A DNA stretch of 24,000 nt from Thermoplasmata archaeon. Lineage in GTDB: Archaea; Thermoplasmatota; Thermoplasmata; RBG-16-68-12; JAFNFQ01. Below, piece by piece: positions 8,301 through 15,446 of this stretch. The DNA lies in the NCBI GenBank assembly GCA_041489255.1, contig JBGPQV010000003.1:53448-77447 (forward strand), in the 5' to 3' direction. The notes beneath the pieces are model-generated. The model saw nothing but the letters and a program-made list of their open reading frames with translations, was not told the origin of the DNA and ran no database searches. Position numbers and translations under genes: made by a program. The first letter of the stretch is position 1, and each line of letters starts with the position of its first letter.

Positions 8301-11300
8301 GGGGAATCGAATCGAAACTCAAGCCAACCGTAGAGGGCGCCGGATACTTCGACTGAAGAAACGGCATAATCGCTTGCCAGAGGTCCAATTTCGCCGGTGG
8401 AGAGATCCCATGAGGCCGCCTCACCCAAGACGAGGTCGATCCATGCGGTTTCGCCAGTCGGAATGGCGTAGGCGACTGCGACTTTGACCGTAATTAGAGA
8501 TTGAGGCCCATCGCTGGAGGAAATGTAGAATGGGACGCCCGCCGCGTATCCGGCCCATCCGTCATCAGGAACATGCAGCCCCGGGAATGTTGGGTTGGAG
8601 TCATGAGAACCTGACCATTTGTGGGGCTGGAATGTCAGGACCACCCGCGGAGCATCCCAACCCATCACTGGTTTGACTTGTTCAAGAACCCCTTTCTTGA
8701 CGGGGACTTTCAGATAGAGCTCGGTGTCTCCGCCGGTGTCTCCGCCAGCATCCTCAAAGAGCGTCCATGTATACCAATACGTCCCCACCTCCGGAGTTGC
8801 GCATTGGCCTGCATCATTGGTGCTACAAAGCCACTTGGGCCATTCCTCATACGCAGCGGCGCCGAACTCGGTGCCGTCTTTCGCCCCATCTGCATCGAAA
8901 TCGCGCTGGAAGCTGTCAGCCATGGCGAAATCGCCTAGGGCGCCAGAAAGAGACCAGACGTAGTCATACGCGGTATTCCTCCAAGTCTCCTCACCGATGT
9001 ACTTATGTTTCATCGGAACCCATTCGCCTGCGTCCCCATTCCCATCCCAATGATACATCAAGAGTCCATCCTCGCCCACTGGATTCCCTAAGTTGTCGAC
9101 TGGACCCTCTGGATAACTGATTTTGACCACAGCGCGGTAGCCTTGAGCTGACGAGGTCTCCACGTGAATCACCTGCCCTACGAGCCCTGCATCAGTGAAT
9201 GTCTGAGAACCTTCGGTAATGGTGACCGTTGCGCCAGGGTCAGGCATACCAAAATCGAGGGCCACACTCACTCCAAGGTCTCTGTTGACTGCAATCACAT
9301 CAGGCTCGAAGTCGGACGGGAGCAGGATTCCGAGCGTTGGGTTTGCGGCAGCGTCTGGGTCGATGTCGTATTCTAGGTTGCGAACGTCAAGGCCATCAGG
9401 TATCAAGTCGTAATCTGTGTCAGCGTCTGCGGGGTTGGTGTTCTGAAGATATTCCTGTAGGTTCGTGAGAGTGTCCCCATCCTTATATTCGGAAGAGTCA
9501 TCATAGGTCGGCAATAGTCCGTATTTCACTTCCCAACCATCCGGCATCCCGTCAGGCTCTGTGTCCGCCTGTATAGGATTGGTGTCAGTCTGGATTTGCT
9601 CCACTGAATCGGTTAGCCCATCATTATCGCTGTCAGGTATGTTCGGATTGGTCTCAGCGGTTCCCTCCAGCCCCGTCCATGAGCCAGTATCTACGCGGCC
9701 GTCGATGTCACGATCTTCGAATTCCCCCTGTTCGATTCCATCGCTGTCAGTGTCAATCCACCCGTCGGGCAAACCATCTGAATCGCTATCCACATTCAAC
9801 GGATTCGTTACCGTAGTTGGGTCCTCATCCGGGACGAATCCTGATGGTGCTCCCAAGGTCTGCGAGTCCCCGTCATTCTGCCAATCCGCAAGAGAATCGT
9901 AGCCTTGAGGCCAAGGGAGCCCTGCTTCCTGTCCGTCTGTCAGGTGATCACCATCTGTGTCGCGCATACTTGGATTCGTTTCGATGTTGTCGACACAACC
10001 ATCGCGGTCTACATCCTCAGTGCCGTCCCATAAACCGTCGTCATCTGTATCTCTATCCAGAGGATTCGTGGTTGTGCTTGAATCGGAATCTCTCTTGGGG
10101 ATGCCAAATATGTCTCTGTCCAGTGTGTCGCCAACCTCCGGCAACCCAAGCTCAAGTCCATCAGGAAGCCCGTCACCATCCGTATCCGCAATCGAAGGGT
10201 CGGTTTCCTCTGCATCGATGTTGCCGTCAAGGTTCTTGTCCTCGCTCTCCCATCTGTCAATCAGTCCATTCCCTTCCGTTCCCTGGGGATTCGTTGCGGG
10301 ATCGTAGTCATCATGGTCAGGGTCAGGATTGCCGATCAGGTCATATCCGGGTTCCTGCCAGCTGAAAAGACAGCCTGACGCCCCCAAGCCACAATCCACC
10401 CATCCATCTGGCAGCCCATCCTTGTCTGTGTCTATGCTTGTGGGATTAGTCGTCACGGAGTCTGGGACATCATATCCTGGTACACCGGTCTCCACTCCAT
10501 CCCCCAATCCATCATCGTCCGTGTCGGCATCCAGAGGATTCGTTAGATAGGTATCACTACCTCGAACGGCTTCCTCGCCGTCCTTCACGCCGTCATCGTC
10601 TGAGTCATCATCCAGGGGGTTCGTTTCGCCTGGACCATCTCCATCATTCCATACGCCCGCATCTGTTGCGCCATTCAGGTTTCGGTCTTCGAACTCTCCT
10701 GAATTCCGCGTCTGATCGTCATTGAAGTCAATCCACCCATCGGGTAGCCCATCATTGTCCGTGTCCCAGCGGAGCGGGTCAGTGACCGTGCCTGGGTCCG
10801 AGTCGATTCCAAGAAGACCGACCTCCAGTCCGTCGGGCAATCCATCCCCGTCTGTATCTGCTTGAGATGGATTCGTCTCTCCTGGCCCAGAACCGGGGCC
10901 GCTTCCGGCATCCCATGCCCCGGTATCCACCACACCGTCGAGGTCACGATCCTCGTATTCACCGACATCGCGCAGGCCATTGCTGTTTAGGTCAAACCAG
11001 CCATCGGGAAGTCCGTCTCCATCCGTGTCTATAATAGTCGGGTTCGTGGTCGTTAATGGATCGGAGTCAGGGCCATAACTAACGCCATCGACAATGCCGT
11101 AACCCCACGGAGGGGATAGCGTGTCTGAGGCGCGCATCGGGGAGTCGTCGGTGAGCCCCACCTCCAACCCATCCGAGAGATGGTCGCCGTCCATGTCTGG
11201 ATTGAGCGGATCTGTGATGAATGTATCCTCGCCTGCGAATAGTTCTTCCCAGTCTGTCAAGCCGTCGTTGTCGGTATCATCGCTCGTCGGATTGGTTCCA

Positions 11301-13960
11301 TATAGTTCGACTTCGGCATAATCGAGCAGCAGGTCCCCGTCGGTATCGGGATTGTTCTTATTCAAACCATTCGCGTCCTCCCATTCGTCCCTCAGTTGGT
11401 CACCGTCTGAGTCCAGTTCGATAACGACTATGGCAGTGTCATCGCCAAAGGACCCAGAAGCGTCCGTTGCCGTGAGAGAGACCGTGTATGTCCCAGATAC
11501 TGTGAATGTATGAACGGTATTCGGCATCATTTCGTGAGGGCTGCCGTCGCCGAAGTCCCAGACGAAAGTGAGCGGTTCACCATCATCATCTTCCGCCTCA
11601 GCAGAGAATATTATGGGCGCAGCGGCGCCATGGATTCTCCGATCAGGACCTGCGAACGCAGTTGGCGGAGTGTTCGCGACTCTAATAAGGTGAGTATCAT
11701 AGGACACAAGCCCGTGCTTGTCCGTCACACGGAGGGTAGCCGAGTACTCGCCCCGAGAAGAATACCGATGCATTGTGCGCGAGCCCGAGCCCGTCGAAGA
11801 GTCGCCGAAGAACCAAAGATAGGAGAGGTCGGACAAGTCGTCCTGGCCGTCGGAGGAATGGATGCCGCTGAGTACCGATGCATGCGTCTCTGCTCCTAGG
11901 GAGAGGACCTCAAAGGCGGCATTCGGAGCAACGTTAGAGACCGTAACGCTATGGGTCTTGGTGCTCATGACCCCGTTGTCGTCAGTGACTGTTAGAATCA
12001 CGCCATAGCTTCCTTCCCGCCTGTAGGAATGGGTAGGCGAGACGCCTGAGGCCTTAGCTCCGTCTCCGAACTGCCAATAGTAGTCCAGAGCCGTGCGATC
12101 TGAAGCTGTGTCGGTCGAAAGGGAACCGTCATAGTACACCATCGTGTCCTCATCTACTTGGGAGGGTGTGAATGCGAAGTCAGCGTTCGGCGCCCCATTC
12201 GTCACACTGACACGTCTGCTGTTAGCGCCCCAGTCCCCCTTCCCGTCTGTGACCTTCAGCACTACGGTGTACGTTCCGGCGCGCAAGTACGCATGAGTGG
12301 TCGAGGCGGTGCTCGTGGTGGCCGTCACGCCGTCGCCAAGATCCCAAAAGAAAGATGGAGCCGGCGAGGAGGGCCCGTCGCTGTCCGCGTATATGCCCGT
12401 GAAGGTGAATGTCTGGTCCTCGGCTTTTGTCGCCGCGTTCACGTTGACGGCCGTAATCTCGGGAGCCTTGTTGTCCAGCACCCCGCCCTTGAACGTGCAC
12501 GTGGCAGTGTTCGTGCCCCCATCCCCATCGTCGGCCTTCAGGGTGACGGTGTATGTCGTCTTGGAGGAGGGGAATTTATGCGTCACGTTCCACCACACAC
12601 GGTAGGGGGAAACGTGGCTTGGGTTTGCGAACGTCTGGACAGCGTCAGCGCTCCCGTCCCCGAAGTGCCACGTTAAGGTGAGGGCGTCGGCGCCGACCTC
12701 ATGGGCAATCCCTTTGAGGACGGACGATGTCGCCCCGACGATTGATGCGTACGGCGCGCGGTTCTGCACGGTGACGGTCACGCTGGAAGTGGTAGAAGCC
12801 GAATGAGGATCGGTGACCGCGAGGTTCACCGTCGCGGATGTCTCATCGTACCATACATACGTTGGCCTGCTCCCTGTCATCGATGCACTACCACTCCACG
12901 AATAAGCCAAGGCGTCGGCATCGCTCGACGTATCGGTGGACGCGGTGGCATCGAAGAGCACTGTCTGTGCTTCCGAAACGGTGATTGAATTGCCTGCTGT
13001 TGCCGTCGGCGCTCCGTTGGCGACGTTCACCACATGCTGCGTGGTTGACGTGGCGTCGTTGTCGTCGCGGACGGTAAGCAGAACAGCGAAGTTGCCCGGA
13101 GATGAATACGCATGGGTGATGGTCCTACCTTGGCCATACTGCCCGTCTCCGAAATCCCATGCGAATGTCAGCGGGTGCCTAGTGATGGCGTTGCCCGGCA
13201 AGGCGTTGTCAGTTGCGGTGTCTGTTGAACCCGAGGCGTCGAACGTCACTACAGCATCCATGTATGGACTCGTAGGAGAATAGACGAAAGAGGCAGACGG
13301 ATTGGCATTCACAATGACCACGTTCCGAGTCGCCGTGTCGGCGTTCCCGGCTGCGTCTCGCACGATCAGGTGCACGCGATAGGTTCCTGCGTATCCATAG
13401 GAATGCGTCTCAATGCCTGCAGTGCTCGTTGCCCCGTCACCAAAATCCCATTCGTATCGGAGATCCTCTCGCGGGTATGTGGCCGGCCACGAGGTCGTGG
13501 CATCAAACTGAATGCTCTCGTCCTCCGCCACGCTTGCGGTGTCAGCCGGAGTCGTGAGGATGACTGCCCCGGGAACTCCCCCTGATCCGTAGCTCGGACT
13601 CTTGATGTGGATGCGGATTGTGTCCAGAGCCATCGTCCCAGTCGACTCTTCGGCAACCAAAGCCACGTCGTAAATCCCGTCCGTTGTGAACGAGTGTACA
13701 GGTGAAGGATCCGTCGAAGAGGTGCCGTCTCCGAAAAACCATGTGAAAGATAAGGCATTTCCGGGTTGCCCGGGGCTTGACCCACTTGAGTCAAACTCGA
13801 TGTCTTCTCCCGGATCTGCCGGGTCTGACTCTTCGGTTCCGTCGAGCGCATCCGCCACGGCGACAGGCGGCGGATAGCTCGCCTTGACAAGAGTTGTGGC
13901 GCCTGAGATCACGGTTATAAAGGCCAAAGCCAAAGCCATTAGACTTCTCATCCCGATCAT
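5357..13960 (-). CDS. Giant secreted PKD / thrombospondin-type-3 repeat protein with a variable C-terminal module (2,867 aa); candidate polymorphic toxin
   Basis: Uninterrupted ORF. I place the start at the ATG at 13958-13960 (MIGMRSLMALALAFITVISGATTLVKA, signal-like), which is preceded by GAGGAGGA 8 nt upstream. The track's extra 91 N-terminal codons run into the IS element and overlap the transposase gene, so they are rejected. Confidence 0.9.
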   Translation of the reverse strand: MIGMRSLMALALAFITVISGATTLVKASYPPPVAVADALDGTEESDPADPGEDIEFDSSGSSPGQPGNALSFTWFFGDGTSSTDPSPVHSFTTDGIYDVALVAEESTGTMALDTIRIHIKSPSYGSGGVPGAVILTTPADTASVAEDESIQFDATTSWPATYPREDLRYEWDFGDGATSTAGIETHSYGYAGTYRVHLIVRDAAGNADTATRNVVIVNANPSASFVYSPTSPYMDAVVTFDASGSTDTATDNALPGNAITRHPLTFAWDFGDGQYGQGRTITHAYSSPGNFAVLLTVRDDNDATSTTQHVVNVANGAPTATAGNSITVSEAQTVLFDATASTDTSSDADALAYSWSGSASMTGSRPTYVWYDETSATVNLAVTDPHSASTTSSVTVTVQNRAPYASIVGATSSVLKGIAHEVGADALTLTWHFGDGSADAVQTFANPSHVSPYRVWWNVTHKFPSSKTTYTVTLKADDGDGGTNTATCTFKGGVLDNKAPEITAVNVNAATKAEDQTFTFTGIYADSDGPSSPAPSFFWDLGDGVTATTSTASTTHAYLRAGTYTVVLKVTDGKGDWGANSRRVSVTNGAPNADFAFTPSQVDEDTMVYYDGSLSTDTASDRTALDYYWQFGDGAKASGVSPTHSYRREGSYGVILTVTDDNGVMSTKTHSVTVSNVAPNAAFEVLSLGAETHASVLSGIHSSDGQDDLSDLSYLWFFGDSSTGSGSRTMHRYSSRGEYSATLRVTDKHGLVSYDTHLIRVANTPPTAFAGPDRRIHGAAAPIIFSAEAEDDDGEPLTFVWDFGDGSPHEMMPNTVHTFTVSGTYTVSLTATDASGSFGDDTAIVVIELDSDGDQLRDEWEDANGLNKNNPDTDGDLLLDYAEVELYGTNPTSDDTDNDGLTDWEELFAGEDTFITDPLNPDMDGDHLSDGLEVGLTDDSPMRASDTLSPPWGYGIVDGVSYGPDSDPLTTTNPTIIDTDGDGLPDGWFDLNSNGLRDVGEYEDRDLDGVVDTGAWDAGSGPGSGPGETNPSQADTDGDGLPDGLEVGLLGIDSDPGTVTDPLRWDTDNDGLPDGWIDFNDDQTRNSGEFEDRNLNGATDAGVWNDGDGPGETNPLDDDSDDDGVKDGEEAVRGSDTYLTNPLDADTDDDGLGDGVETGVPGYDVPDSVTTNPTSIDTDKDGLPDGWVDCGLGASGCLFSWQEPGYDLIGNPDPDHDDYDPATNPQGTEGNGLIDRWESEDKNLDGNIDAEETDPSIADTDGDGLPDGLELGLPEVGDTLDRDIFGIPKRDSDSSTTTNPLDRDTDDDGLWDGTEDVDRDGCVDNIETNPSMRDTDGDHLTDGQEAGLPWPQGYDSLADWQNDGDSQTLGAPSGFVPDEDPTTVTNPLNVDSDSDGLPDGWIDTDSDGIEQGEFEDRDIDGRVDTGSWTGLEGTAETNPNIPDSDNDGLTDSVEQIQTDTNPIQADTEPDGMPDGWEVKYGLLPTYDDSSEYKDGDTLTNLQEYLQNTNPADADTDYDLIPDGLDVRNLEYDIDPDAAANPTLGILLPSDFEPDVIAVNRDLGVSVALDFGMPDPGATVTITEGSQTFTDAGLVGQVIHVETSSAQGYRAVVKISYPEGPVDNLGNPVGEDGLLMYHWDGNGDAGEWVPMKHKYIGEETWRNTAYDYVWSLSGALGDFAMADSFQRDFDADGAKDGTEFGAAAYEEWPKWLCSTNDAGQCATPEVGTYWYTWTLFEDAGGDTGGDTELYLKVPVKKGVLEQVKPVMGWDAPRVVLTFQPHKWSGSHDSNPTFPGLHVPDDGWAGYAAGVPFYISSSDGPQSLITVKVAVAYAIPTGETAWIDLVLGEAASWDLSTGEIGPLASDYAVSSVEVSGALYGWLEFRFDSPVLLEAETTYWMILRMFNGEFYWAASDDARIWANHALLYDVNFFESIDWTTDSGSLVYQMFCVDYPHDVSINIVTSEGDDNPEWKQEGYVSPDAGIPFPWTDHLIVLLDTDAINALLASYPDVDGYQFIPIRFHSSTKGDLLLESILVILGGRDYTPEDLLDSDSDGLSDGIEGLPAYSCLSSTNPDSDGDGILDGSEIDWWVDTDGDSLINACDPDSDGDGLWDGWNDNQGTPNQIWDSGELMGERNYRTSPVLSDTDGDGLWDGWHDTLRNQVWDSGEELGEVGYLGEPNPGGGYGTNPLEPDTDGDGLKDGEEVTGVYGWVTNPLNPDCDGDLLLDGIEILGWDTVMLTSVANVYEMTRILDDTSLPVHAQNMVSEAIRPLFTRYHVTSDPDKKDTDGDGLNDLMEFLQKVDPRKQDSDGDRMKDDIDDEPSVVELVVPYIDLSWSTSLCWEGLKCVHVTIVMSDNVGLGSLITVVDGKEYSNDDLYANIFDTRNKDFSIGFLDAFTGKTVDFYVVDVNGNANHYWLKQDTYFDRARDLLKDLTVKYLGPEVGGMAVGLWDCFSGMFTSIPSIMKNAGSLFDSGASFGHDLLNSGNPGDTLRNALGSLYDALVQQAENANPYDPVPDGDNDPWDMSNDHETFNYWYWIGNIIGMIVTAGAGAAVKGALEAGNIGAMITQALSKLGPLQRIISFAARAYEYFGRCTVKLALAGAIFAGSYALAELFGGFFEEMFANGIGLAGLVLMTKWSADVLGISDDILRGRTKALLRLPEAEVIGFEAAFPDRAIREGVWRSVTKDVIELEPGALERFGAWVRKNGANPLDEGAGADEVLKAWKASGLPDGIAVLKMGDGRFGQFHVIGRHIEGSIVSLDKDITSFFPTGKTITGYPIEKTLPPAMTDAQVWELLRDGLRNTPLGDIKLDTNSGNLIYTYKPHMYGIDEVTIVVRASDGSIISFFPVQGENVWAWIKALNDWRQQI
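5360..6031 (-). other. C-terminal ~224-aa soluble module, the candidate toxin domain (family not recognised)
   Basis: Terminal position after the repeats and the hydrophobic segment. Its last ~50 aa are duplicated as an orphan fragment at 3689-3871. It is followed directly by the small-gene cassette. It lies in the AT-richest part of the gene. Confidence 0.5.
6032..6361 (-). other. Glycine/alanine-rich hydrophobic segment (about 110 aa, 3-4 predicted helices) preceding the C-terminal module
   Basis: WYWIGNIIGMIVTAGAGAAVKGALEAGNIGAMITQAL...VKLALAGAIFAGSYALAELFGGFFEEMFANGIGLAGLVLMTKW. The small-xxx-small spacing is typical of glycine-zipper membrane helices. Confidence 0.55.
7001..7820 (-). 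repeat. Thrombospondin type-3-like repeat array 2 (coding; approximate bounds)
   Basis: DSDSDGLSDGIEG, DSDGDGILDGSE, DTDGDSLINACDPDSDGDGLWDGW, DTDGDGLKDGEE, DTDGDGLNDLME, DSDGDRMKDDID. Confidence 0.75.
9370..11413 (-). repeat. Thrombospondin type-3-like Ca-binding repeat array 1 (coding; approximate bounds)
   Basis: Dozens of D-x-D-x-DG-(L/I)-x-D-G-x-E units, for example DTDGDGLPDGLEVG, DTDNDGLPDGWIDFN, DSDDDGVKDGEE, DADTDDDGLGDGVE. Confidence 0.8.
11425..13850 (-). other. Array of about 9 PKD domains (approximate bounds)
   Basis: Recurrent W-x-FGDG signatures: FTWFFGDGTSS, YEWDFGDGATS, FAWDFGDGQYG, LTWHFGDGSAD, FFWDLGDGVTA, YYWQFGDGAKA, YLWFFGDSSTG, FVWDFGDGSPH, plus one degenerate copy (YSWSGSASMTG). 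Confidence 0.8.
13880..13960 (-). other. Predicted signal peptide of the giant protein
   Basis: MIGMRSLMALALAFITVISGATTLVKA has a basic residue, a hydrophobic core and an A-x-A-like VKA end. Confidence 0.6.
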
Positions 13961-14045
13961 CAATGTATCCTCCTCACGTCCCAACAATCCGCTCAATCCA
14001 ATTGAATGGGACGCACGGGGATAACCATCTAGCCTTAAATGTTTA

Positions 14046-14053
14046 GTCTCCCG
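14046..14053. repeat. Target-site duplication, left copy (GTCTCCCG)
   Basis: Identical 8-mer abutting both IS ends (14046-14053 and 15102-15109). Confidence 0.85.
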
Positions 14054-15101
14054 AACTGTGTTGAACAAATCCCGTCTTTTTCTCCCTCCGACCTCCCGAC
14101 CTCCCGCCATCAGGGCATCTGCAGGAGCATCGCGTAGACAGCGAACTTCGCCATGACCTCCCTGTACATCAGGTCGAGCCTCCTCGCCATCACGTTCTCC
14201 CCGAATATCCTCTTCTCGCCGGAGAAGGTCCACTCAGCCGCCCACCTCATCCCATACCCGTGTTTCTCCCTCCAGCCATCGTACCCGAGGGACCTGAGCT
14301 CCCTCACCGCCCTCGGCCTGGCCGATGAGCCCAACGATTTGCAGGTCGCACCAGCCTTGATCCTGATCCCCGCCCCGATTCCTTTGTCCTCCAGGAGCTG
14401 GAAGTTCGCGCGGCTGTCGTAGGCGGCGTCGGCGAGGACCTCCCGTATGCGCCCCTTCCCCAGGGCCCTCTCCGCCTTCTCCAGCAGGGCGGGGAACATC
14501 GTCGTGTCGCCTATCCCCTCGTCGGTAGCTTTCATCGCCACGGGCCCTCCGTCAACGTCCACCGCCAGGTGCACCTTTATCCAGCCCCGGTGGCGGTGCC
14601 ACTTCTCCCTCATCCACTCCCCCCTGTTCGTGACCTTGATTCCCGTGCTGTCGAAGGCGATCACGAACGGCCCGTCACCCTGAGGCGCGGGAATCTCAAG
14701 CTCCATGTCGGCTATCCGCCACCAGAGGGTCGTGTAGTCGGCAGGCCTGACCTTCCCCACGAACTTCGACATGCCGCAGAGGAAGCCCTCCATCTGCCTG
14801 TACTGCATCCTGAGGATCTGCCTGACGGCGGCGAGGAATCGCATCATGCTCTCGGGGAAGCCGTATGGACGCCCCCTCTTCCCGCCGTTCATCGTCCTCA
14901 GTTCGTCTTCCCACGAGTCCAGCCAGTCCATGCTGAGGTACAGCTCCCCCCGCCGGACGAGCCGCTCGTTGTACCCGGGCCAATTCCTCTTATCCTTGTA
15001 GTGCCTTTCACCCTCGCTCGGCATGGGTCCCATCCCTGCTGACAAGGCAGGTTCTCATGCCGAGTTCCCACCATCAAACCATCGATTTATTCAACACAGT
15101 T
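14054..15101 (-). mobile_element. IS5-family insertion sequence (ISH1-like subgroup), 1,048 bp, apparently intact
   Basis: Terminal inverted repeats AACTGTGTTGAACAAATC (14054-14071) and GATTTATTCAACACAGTT (15084-15101) match at 17 of 18 positions. They are flanked by a perfect 8-bp direct repeat GTCTCCCG. A single DDE transposase ORF sits 56 nt from each end. From memory of IS-family tables, this size and an 8-bp duplication fit the ISH1 subgroup. Confidence 0.85.
14110..15045 (-). CDS. IS5/IS4-superfamily DDE transposase (311 aa)
   Basis: The N-terminal block WPGYNERLVRRGELYL is typical of IS5-family transposases. Candidate DDE residues lie in FVIAFDSTGIKV and VLADAAYDS. The C-terminal Y-x2-R-x3-E-x6-K signature is present (YGMRWAAEWTFSGEKRIFG). 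Confidence 0.9.
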   Translation of the reverse strand: MSAGMGPMPSEGERHYKDKRNWPGYNERLVRRGELYLSMDWLDSWEDELRTMNGGKRGRPYGFPESMMRFLAAVRQILRMQYRQMEGFLCGMSKFVGKVRPADYTTLWWRIADMELEIPAPQGDGPFVIAFDSTGIKVTNRGEWMREKWHRHRGWIKVHLAVDVDGGPVAMKATDEGIGDTTMFPALLEKAERALGKGRIREVLADAAYDSRANFQLLEDKGIGAGIRIKAGATCKSLGSSARPRAVRELRSLGYDGWREKHGYGMRWAAEWTFSGEKRIFGENVMARRLDLMYREVMAKFAVYAMLLQMP

Positions 15102-15109
15102 GTCTCCCG
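15102..15109. repeat. Target-site duplication, right copy (GTCTCCCG)
   Basis: Identical 8-mer abutting both IS ends. Confidence 0.85.
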
Positions 15110-15165
15110 CAAATGGACGGAGTTAAATCGCCTAAAACGCGCTCGATTCGTCCATGTTCCATGCC

Positions 15166-15211
15166 GTCCCCAAAGCCTCCGCCCTGGCGGGCGGGGGCAC
15201 CTTTCCTTTTT
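15166..15211 (+). repeat. Copy 2 of the GC hairpin plus U-tract motif
   Basis: gtccccaaagCCTCCGCCCtggcGGGCGGGGGcacctttccttttt has the same flanks and stem as 2666-2715 and a different loop. No plus-strand gene lies upstream of it. Confidence 0.4.
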
Positions 15212-15385
15212 ATGCGGTCTTAGGCTGGAAGTGAGGCTCGTCGAGGGGCTGCCGACTGATGCTGTAGACATGTTGAAGCAGTACCTCGCAGGACAGATCG
15301 GCACGATGGGGCTCGCAACACGACTCGAAGAAATACGCATGAAAGCCGCCACACTGCCGGGCTCGTTTCTCAAGCCATGATTTTG

Positions 15386-15400
15386 TCGATATGATATCGA
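15386..15400. promoter_or_regulatory. Perfect 7-1-7 palindrome TCGATATGATATCGA, a candidate regulator binding site
   Basis: It lies 10 nt upstream of an AT-rich TATA-like box and 47 nt upstream of the zinc-ribbon gene ATG (15447). Confidence 0.3.
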
Positions 15401-15410
15401 GTTTGCAAAG

Positions 15411-15418
15411 TATTTTAT
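15411..15418 (+). promoter_or_regulatory. TATA-box-like element (TATTTTAT) for the zinc-ribbon gene
   Basis: An AT-rich octamer in GC-rich DNA about 36 nt upstream of the ATG at 15447. GGAGG at 15427-15431 lies between them. Confidence 0.3.
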
Positions 15419-15446
15419 GTCCAGGCGGAGGTAGTAAAGTCACATC

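Noticed and set aside
7001-11413. Periodic DNA repeats that could be mistaken for a CRISPR or satellite array
   Set aside because: The repeats are in frame and encode DxDxDG Ca-binding units. There is no alternation of identical repeats with unique spacers.
5514-13890. Many 60-180-aa ORFs antisense to or out of frame with the giant gene (for example 9817-10365, 12158-12676, 13366-13890, 11510-11899)
   Set aside because: These are typical open shadow frames of a long GC-rich gene: Arg/Pro/Ser-rich, with no motifs and no independent start signals. The giant's frame carries clear domain signatures throughout.
13961-14233. The N-terminal 91 codons of the 2,958-aa track ORF (MDLLRREEDIRGERDG...)
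   Set aside because: This stretch crosses the IS boundary (14054) and overlaps the transposase gene's 3' end in another frame. It is Arg/Glu-rich, low-complexity translation of GC-rich DNA. A signal peptide with a good GGAGG-spaced ATG begins at 13960.
15057-15380. 107-aa plus-strand ORF spanning the right IS end and the hairpin
   Set aside because: It begins inside the IS terminal region and runs across the IS/target junction and a terminator-like hairpin, so it cannot pre-date the insertion as a gene. It has no motifs.
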